Position numbers and translations under genes: made by a program
Shown: positions 59,235 to 64,000 of the stretch, piece by piece
How the letters are laid out: every line of letters begins with the position of its first letter
How positions within the stretch are numbered: the first letter of the stretch is position 1
Notes under the pieces: model-generated
Told to the model about the DNA's origin: nothing
Database searches by the model: none
What the model saw: only the letters and a program-made list of their open reading frames with translations
DNA from: an uncultured delta proteobacterium
GTDB lineage: Bacteria > Myxococcota > Kuafuiibacteriia > Kuafuiibacteriales > Kuafuiibacteriaceae
Assembly: GCA_963803435.1 (NCBI GenBank)
Contig: CAWDML010000001.1
Coordinates: 384,001 to 448,000, forward strand
Direction of reading: 5' to 3'
Length of the DNA: 64,000 bases

Positions 59235-62200
59235 ATGCCCGCTGCCCCCCGGTGCTTGGTCCTAACCCTTCTACTTCTGGCCCCCGCCGAGGCCGTCGCG
59301 CAATCGCCGGACTTCTTCACGGTCAACGACGTCTCGATCGCCGAAGCGACCGGGGGTTCGCGGGGGCTGGTCTTCCAGATCCAGCTCCACCGCTTCGCGT
59401 GCAACGCCAGCTGCTCGATCAGCTGGACCACGCAGCCCGGCACCGCGGTCGCCGGGGCGGACTATACCACCGTCTCGGGCTCGGTCACCTTCCCGCCGCC
59501 CGCGCTGGCCTGCTTCGATCAGTTTCAGTCGGTCAACGTCCCGATCATCGACGACAACGTCTCCGAGGCGAACGAAACCTTCAATCTGGTGCTGTCGAAC
59601 CTGATCGGCAGCTGCATCGTCAGCGACAGCCTCGGGGTCGGCACGATCCTGAACGACGACGTCGCGCTCCTCATCAACAATCCGACCGGGCCCGAGAGCG
59701 GTGCGGCCGCGCCGCCGATGGTGCCGTTCTTCATCTCGGTGCAGAACCTGAGCGTCACCGGCGCCTCCGTCGGCTATCAGACTCAGGACGGCACTGCGAT
59801 CGCGGGCCTCGACTACACGGCGATCAACGGCGTCATCAACATCCCCGCGAACAGCCCCGGCGTGACGGTCTTCGTCCCGGTCATCCCGGACGGCCTCGAC
59901 GAGGATGACGAGACCGTGTTCCTCAACCTGTTCAACCCCCAAGGCGCGGTCATCCTCGACAACCAAGGCCGAGGCCAGATCATCGACGACGACCCGCCGC
60001 CGAGCGCCAGCATCAACGATCAGCGCGCCATCACCGAGGGCAACAGCGGCACCACCAACGCCGTCTTCACCGTCTCGCTGAGCGCTGCCAGCGGACGCAC
60101 GATCACGATCAACTGGGCCACCGCGGACGTCACCACCACCGCCGGCGCCGACTACGTGAGCGGCTCGGGCACGCTCACCTTCCCGCCGGGCGTGACGTCG
60201 CGGACCCTCAGCGTGGCCGTCAACGGCAATCTGCTCGACGAGCCCAACGAGGTCTTTGTGGTCAACCTCAGCAACGGCACCAACGTGACCATCGCTGACT
60301 CGCAGGGCCAGGGCATCATCGTCGACGACGACCAGGCCCCCTCCCTCAGCATCAACGACGTCACGGTCACGGAGGGCGGCCCGGGCACCACCACGCTGGC
60401 GACCTTCACGGTCACCCTCTCGGCGCCCAGCGGCTTCGACGTCTCGGCCAACTGGTTCGCGAACGACGGCACCGCGCTCGCCGGCTCCGACTACAACGAC
60501 GCCGAGGGCGGCATCCTGATCCCCGCGGGTCAGACCACGCAGACGCTGTCCGTGGTGGTGAACGGCGATGCGATCGACGAGCCGAACGAGACCTTCACCG
60601 TCGATCTGCAGGGCGTGACCAATGCGACCGTCAACGACGGCCAGGGCGTGTGCCTGATCCTCGACGACGATCCGATCCCGAGCGCCAGCATCAACGACAT
60701 CTCCGTCGCCGAGGGGAACGCAGGTCAGGTGACCGCCGTGTTCACCGTGACGCTCTCCAACCCGAGCTCGGCGCCCCAGACCGTGCAGTGGGCCACCGCG
60801 AACGGCTCCGCCACCGCGCCCGGCGATTACACCTCGGCGAGCGGCACGCTGACGTTCCCCGCCGGCGCCACCTCACGGACGATCGCGGTGGCGGTCATCG
60901 GCGACGTGCTGGACGAGGCCAACGAGACCTTCCTGGTCAACCTCTCCAACCCGTCGGCCGGCCTGACGATCGCGGACGGCACCGGCCAGGGGACGATCCT
61001 GGACGACGACGCCGGACCGGCGCTCGCGATCAACGACGTCGCGGTCACCGAAGGGAACAGCGGCACGACCAACGCCAGCTTCACCGTGACGCTGTCGGCC
61101 GCCAGCGGCCAGACGGTGACGGTCAGCTACGCCACGGCCAACCAGACCGCCGTCGCGCCGGGCGACTACACCGCCGCCTCCGGCAACGTCACCTTCACCC
61201 CCGGACAGACCACCCGGACCGTGGTGGTGCAGGTGCTCGGCGACACGATCGACGAGCCGAACGAGACCTTCCTGGTCAACCTCTCCAACCCGGTCAACGC
61301 GACCCTGGGCGACGCCCAGGGCGTCGGCACCATCAACGACGACGATGCGCCGCCCGGGATCTCGATCGCCGACACCTCGGTCGTCGAGGGCAACACCGGC
61401 TCCACTCTGATGACCTTCGCGGTGACGCTCTCGGCGCCCAGCGGGCAGATCGTGACGGTGGCTTGGGCGACCGCAAACGGGACAGCCACGGCGCCGGGCG
61501 ACTACACGGCCGCCGGTGGGACGCTGGTGTTCAACCCGGGCATCGTCTCGCTGAACGCGAACGTCGCGGTCGCGGGCGACACGATCGACGAGGACGACGA
61601 AACGTTGCTCGTCAACCTCAGCGCGCCCACGAACGCGACGCTCGCCGACCCGCAGGGCATCGGCACGATCACCGACGACGACGCGCCACCCTCGATCTCG
61701 ATCACGGACGTCGCCGTCGTCGAGGGCAACACGGGCGCCGCCAGCGCGGTGTTCGACGTGACGCTGTCGGCCGCCTCGGGCCGGGCCGTCTCGGTGGGCT
61801 GGGCGACCGCCGCCGGCTCGGCCACCGCCGGCTCGGACTTCACCGCCGGATCGGGCACGCTCACGTTCAACCCGGGCATCACGGCGCTCACCATCAGCGT
61901 CCCGGTCCTGGGCGACACGCTGGACGAGCCGAACGAGACCTTCTTCGTGGACCTCAGCGCGCCCGTCAACGCGAGCATCGCGGACAACCGAGGTCAGGGC
62001 ACGATCGTCGACGACGACAACTCGCCGGCCCTGAGCATCGACGACGTCACCCTCGTGGAAGGGAACAGCGGCACCACGAACGCCCTCTTCACCGTGACCC
62101 TCACGCCCGCGAGCGGCCAGACCGTCACCGTCGCCTGGGCCAGCGCCAACGGGACCGCCGTTGCGCCCGCGGACTACACCGCCGGCTCGGGGACGCTCTC

Positions 62201-64000
62201 GTTCGCGCCCGGCGTCGCCACGCGCACCATCAGCATCCCGGTCGTGGGGGACGTGCTGGACGAGGCCAACGAGACCTTCTTCATCAACCTCTCCACCCCG
62301 GTGAACGCGGTCATCGCCGACAACCAGGGGCTCGCCACCATCACCGACGACGACGCCCCGCCGGCCCTCTCGGTCGACGACGTGAGCGTCGCCGAGGGCA
62401 ACGCCGGGTCCACCGTCGCCACCTTCGCCGTGACCTTGTCGGCGCCGAGCGGCCGGACCATCACCGTCGACTACGGCACCGCGAACGGGACGGCGGTCTC
62501 CCCCGGCGACTACGCCGCCGCCAGCGGCACCCTCACCTTCGCGCCCGGGGTCACCTCCCGCACGGTGTCGATCACCGTGAACGGCGACGTCCTCGACGAG
62601 GCCAACGAGACCTTCACGCTCAACCTCTCCAACCCGACGAACGCCACCCTCGCCGACGGCACCGGCCTGGGCACGATCGCCGACGACGACGCTCCGCCCA
62701 CGATCGCGATCGACGACGTCTCGGTGGTCGAGGGGAACTCGGGGACCGTGACCCTCGCGTTCACCGTGACGCTGTCGGCGCCGAGCGGGCTCTCGGTCGG
62801 CGTCGACTACGCCACCGCCAACGGCACCGCCACGGCGGGCTCGGACTACGTGGCCACCTCGGGACGCCTCACGTTCGGCCCGGGCATCACCTCGCTTCCG
62901 CTCGCGGTCACCGTCAACGGCGACACCATCAACGAGGCCAGCGAGACCGTGCTGGTCAACCTGACGAACCCCGGCAACGCCACCATCCTCGACGGCCAGG
63001 GTCAGGGCACGATCGTGGACGACGACGCGGCGCCGTCGCTCTTCATCAGCGATGCGAGCGTGACCGAGGGCAACGCCGGCACGGTCACCGCCACGTTCGA
63101 TGTTCAGCTCACGTCCGCCAGCGGTCAGACCGTCACGGTGGACTGGGCCACCGCCAACGGCACCGCGGTCGCGCCCGCGGACTACCTCGCCGGCTCGGGC
63201 ACGCTCACCTTCCCCGCGGGCACCACCGCGCGAACGGTCAGCGTCACGGTCAACGGCGACGTCCTGGACGAGGCCAACGAGACCTTCACCGTCAACCTCT
63301 CCAACGCGGTCAACGCGCCGCTCATCGACGCGCTCGGCATCGGTACCATCACCGACGACGACGCGCCGCCCTCGATCTCGATCACCGACGTGGCGGTCGT
63401 CGAAGGCGACGCCGGCACCGTCAACGCGGTCTTCAACGTCACGCTGTCGGGGGCCAGCGGACAGAGCATCGCGGTCGACTGGGCGACGGCCAACGGCACC
63501 GCCGCCAGCGGCTCCGACTACACGGCTGCCTCCGGGACGCTGACGTTCAACCCGGGCGTGACGTCGCGGACGATCACCGTGGTGGTGAACGGCGACGTCC
63601 TTGACGAGGCGGACGAGACCTTCACCGTGAACCTCACCAACCCGGTGAACGTGACGATCGCCGGCGGCTCCGGCGCAGGCACCATCACCGACGACGACGC
63701 GCCGCCCTCGATCTCGATCGACGACGTCACCGTCACCGAGGGCAACGGCGCCGGCGTCAACGCCACCTTCACGCTGTCCCTGTCGGCGGCCAGCGGCCGT
63801 ACCATCACGATCGACTATGGGACCGCGGATGGCACCGCCTCGGCCGGCTCCGACTACACGGCGATCGCGAGCTCGGTGACCTTCACCCCGGGAAGCACCC
63901 TGCGCACGCTGACGGTCGTGGTGCTGGGCGACACCGTGGACGAGGCCAACGAGACCTTCTTCGTAAACCTGAGCAACCCCCTCAACGTGACCATCGGCGA
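59235..64000 (+). CDS. Giant exported Calx-beta repeat protein (partial, runs off the right edge)
   Basis: Not in the ORF track because it has no stop in the window. ATG 59235, signal peptide MPAAPRCLVLTLLLLAPAEAVA, then repeats of SIxDVxVxEGN...TAxAxxDY...GTLTF...DExNETFxVNLSN...GTIxDDD. Confidence 0.92.
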   Translation, partial: MPAAPRCLVLTLLLLAPAEAVAQSPDFFTVNDVSIAEATGGSRGLVFQIQLHRFACNASCSISWTTQPGTAVAGADYTTVSGSVTFPPPALACFDQFQSVNVPIIDDNVSEANETFNLVLSNLIGSCIVSDSLGVGTILNDDVALLINNPTGPESGAAAPPMVPFFISVQNLSVTGASVGYQTQDGTAIAGLDYTAINGVINIPANSPGVTVFVPVIPDGLDEDDETVFLNLFNPQGAVILDNQGRGQIIDDDPPPSASINDQRAITEGNSGTTNAVFTVSLSAASGRTITINWATADVTTTAGADYVSGSGTLTFPPGVTSRTLSVAVNGNLLDEPNEVFVVNLSNGTNVTIADSQGQGIIVDDDQAPSLSINDVTVTEGGPGTTTLATFTVTLSAPSGFDVSANWFANDGTALAGSDYNDAEGGILIPAGQTTQTLSVVVNGDAIDEPNETFTVDLQGVTNATVNDGQGVCLILDDDPIPSASINDISVAEGNAGQVTAVFTVTLSNPSSAPQTVQWATANGSATAPGDYTSASGTLTFPAGATSRTIAVAVIGDVLDEANETFLVNLSNPSAGLTIADGTGQGTILDDDAGPALAINDVAVTEGNSGTTNASFTVTLSAASGQTVTVSYATANQTAVAPGDYTAASGNVTFTPGQTTRTVVVQVLGDTIDEPNETFLVNLSNPVNATLGDAQGVGTINDDDAPPGISIADTSVVEGNTGSTLMTFAVTLSAPSGQIVTVAWATANGTATAPGDYTAAGGTLVFNPGIVSLNANVAVAGDTIDEDDETLLVNLSAPTNATLADPQGIGTITDDDAPPSISITDVAVVEGNTGAASAVFDVTLSAASGRAVSVGWATAAGSATAGSDFTAGSGTLTFNPGITALTISVPVLGDTLDEPNETFFVDLSAPVNASIADNRGQGTIVDDDNSPALSIDDVTLVEGNSGTTNALFTVTLTPASGQTVTVAWASANGTAVAPADYTAGSGTLSFAPGVATRTISIPVVGDVLDEANETFFINLSTPVNAVIADNQGLATITDDDAPPALSVDDVSVAEGNAGSTVATFAVTLSAPSGRTITVDYGTANGTAVSPGDYAAASGTLTFAPGVTSRTVSITVNGDVLDEANETFTLNLSNPTNATLADGTGLGTIADDDAPPTIAIDDVSVVEGNSGTVTLAFTVTLSAPSGLSVGVDYATANGTATAGSDYVATSGRLTFGPGITSLPLAVTVNGDTINEASETVLVNLTNPGNATILDGQGQGTIVDDDAAPSLFISDASVTEGNAGTVTATFDVQLTSASGQTVTVDWATANGTAVAPADYLAGSGTLTFPAGTTARTVSVTVNGDVLDEANETFTVNLSNAVNAPLIDALGIGTITDDDAPPSISITDVAVVEGDAGTVNAVFNVTLSGASGQSIAVDWATANGTAASGSDYTAASGTLTFNPGVTSRTITVVVNGDVLDEADETFTVNLTNPVNVTIAGGSGAGTITDDDAPPSISIDDVTVTEGNGAGVNATFTLSLSAASGRTITIDYGTADGTASAGSDYTAIASSVTFTPGSTLRTLTVVVLGDTVDEANETFFVNLSNPLNVTIG
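59320..64000 (+). repeat. About 14 tandem ~340-bp Calx-beta coding repeats (13 complete and 1 partial)
   Basis: Recurrent GACGAG(G/C)C(C/G)AACGAGACCTTC and GACGACGAC blocks at ~339-342-nt periodicity. Confidence 0.88.

Noticed and set aside
205-63808. Numerous long antisense or alternate-frame ORFs (e.g. 205..2202, 4686..6986, 38547..41744, 50688..53384, 60650..63604)
   Set aside because: These are shadow ORFs typical of high-GC DNA. They overlap well-supported genes and show no family motifs.
59320-64000. CRISPR-like or non-coding tandem array
   Set aside because: The ~340-bp period is a degenerate protein-coding Calx-beta repeat, with no identical short repeats or unique spacers.

Overview
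GC-rich bacterial genomic DNA, almost fully coding. Several hallmarks point to Myxococcota or a related deltaproteobacterial lineage: a MYXO-CTERM protein, an FHA-sigma54 activator, a DUF4388-like/TPR/Hanks-kinase cluster, and Asp-Ala-Gly-rich lipoprotein linkers. No rRNA, tRNA, CRISPR array, transposase or integrase was recognised. Housekeeping-type genes: TetR/LolA-like/FtsX-like ABC operon, GtrA, polyprenol-P-mannose synthase, kup, CitE-like lyase, DUF885, gltA, hflX, rpiA. Accessory modules: (i) a lipoprotein with four tandem monoheme cytochrome c domains fused to a PHM/DBH-type dicopper monooxygenase, coupled to a MYXO-CTERM protein and followed by a heavily structured ~300-nt segment ending in an intrinsic terminator; (ii) a beta-propeller/diheme MauG-CcP-like protein coupled to an MsrQ-like protein with no MsrP; (iii) a pilV-pilW-pilX-pilY1 cluster whose PilY1 carries a CUB-like insert; (iv) an MdtABC-type RND pump with a CusRS-like two-component system and a CusR-box palindrome; (v) an exported atypical kinase; (vi) a surface-lipoprotein/TPR/Ser-Thr kinase operon; (vii) a two-domain putative peptidoglycan hydrolase with no signal peptide; (viii) an SF1 helicase-nuclease; (ix) a giant Calx-beta repeat protein running off the end. 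Five clear and about three probable single-base frameshifts, likely long-read errors, split genes or create false fusions in the supplied ORF track. All family calls come from motif recognition by eye; no searches were run.
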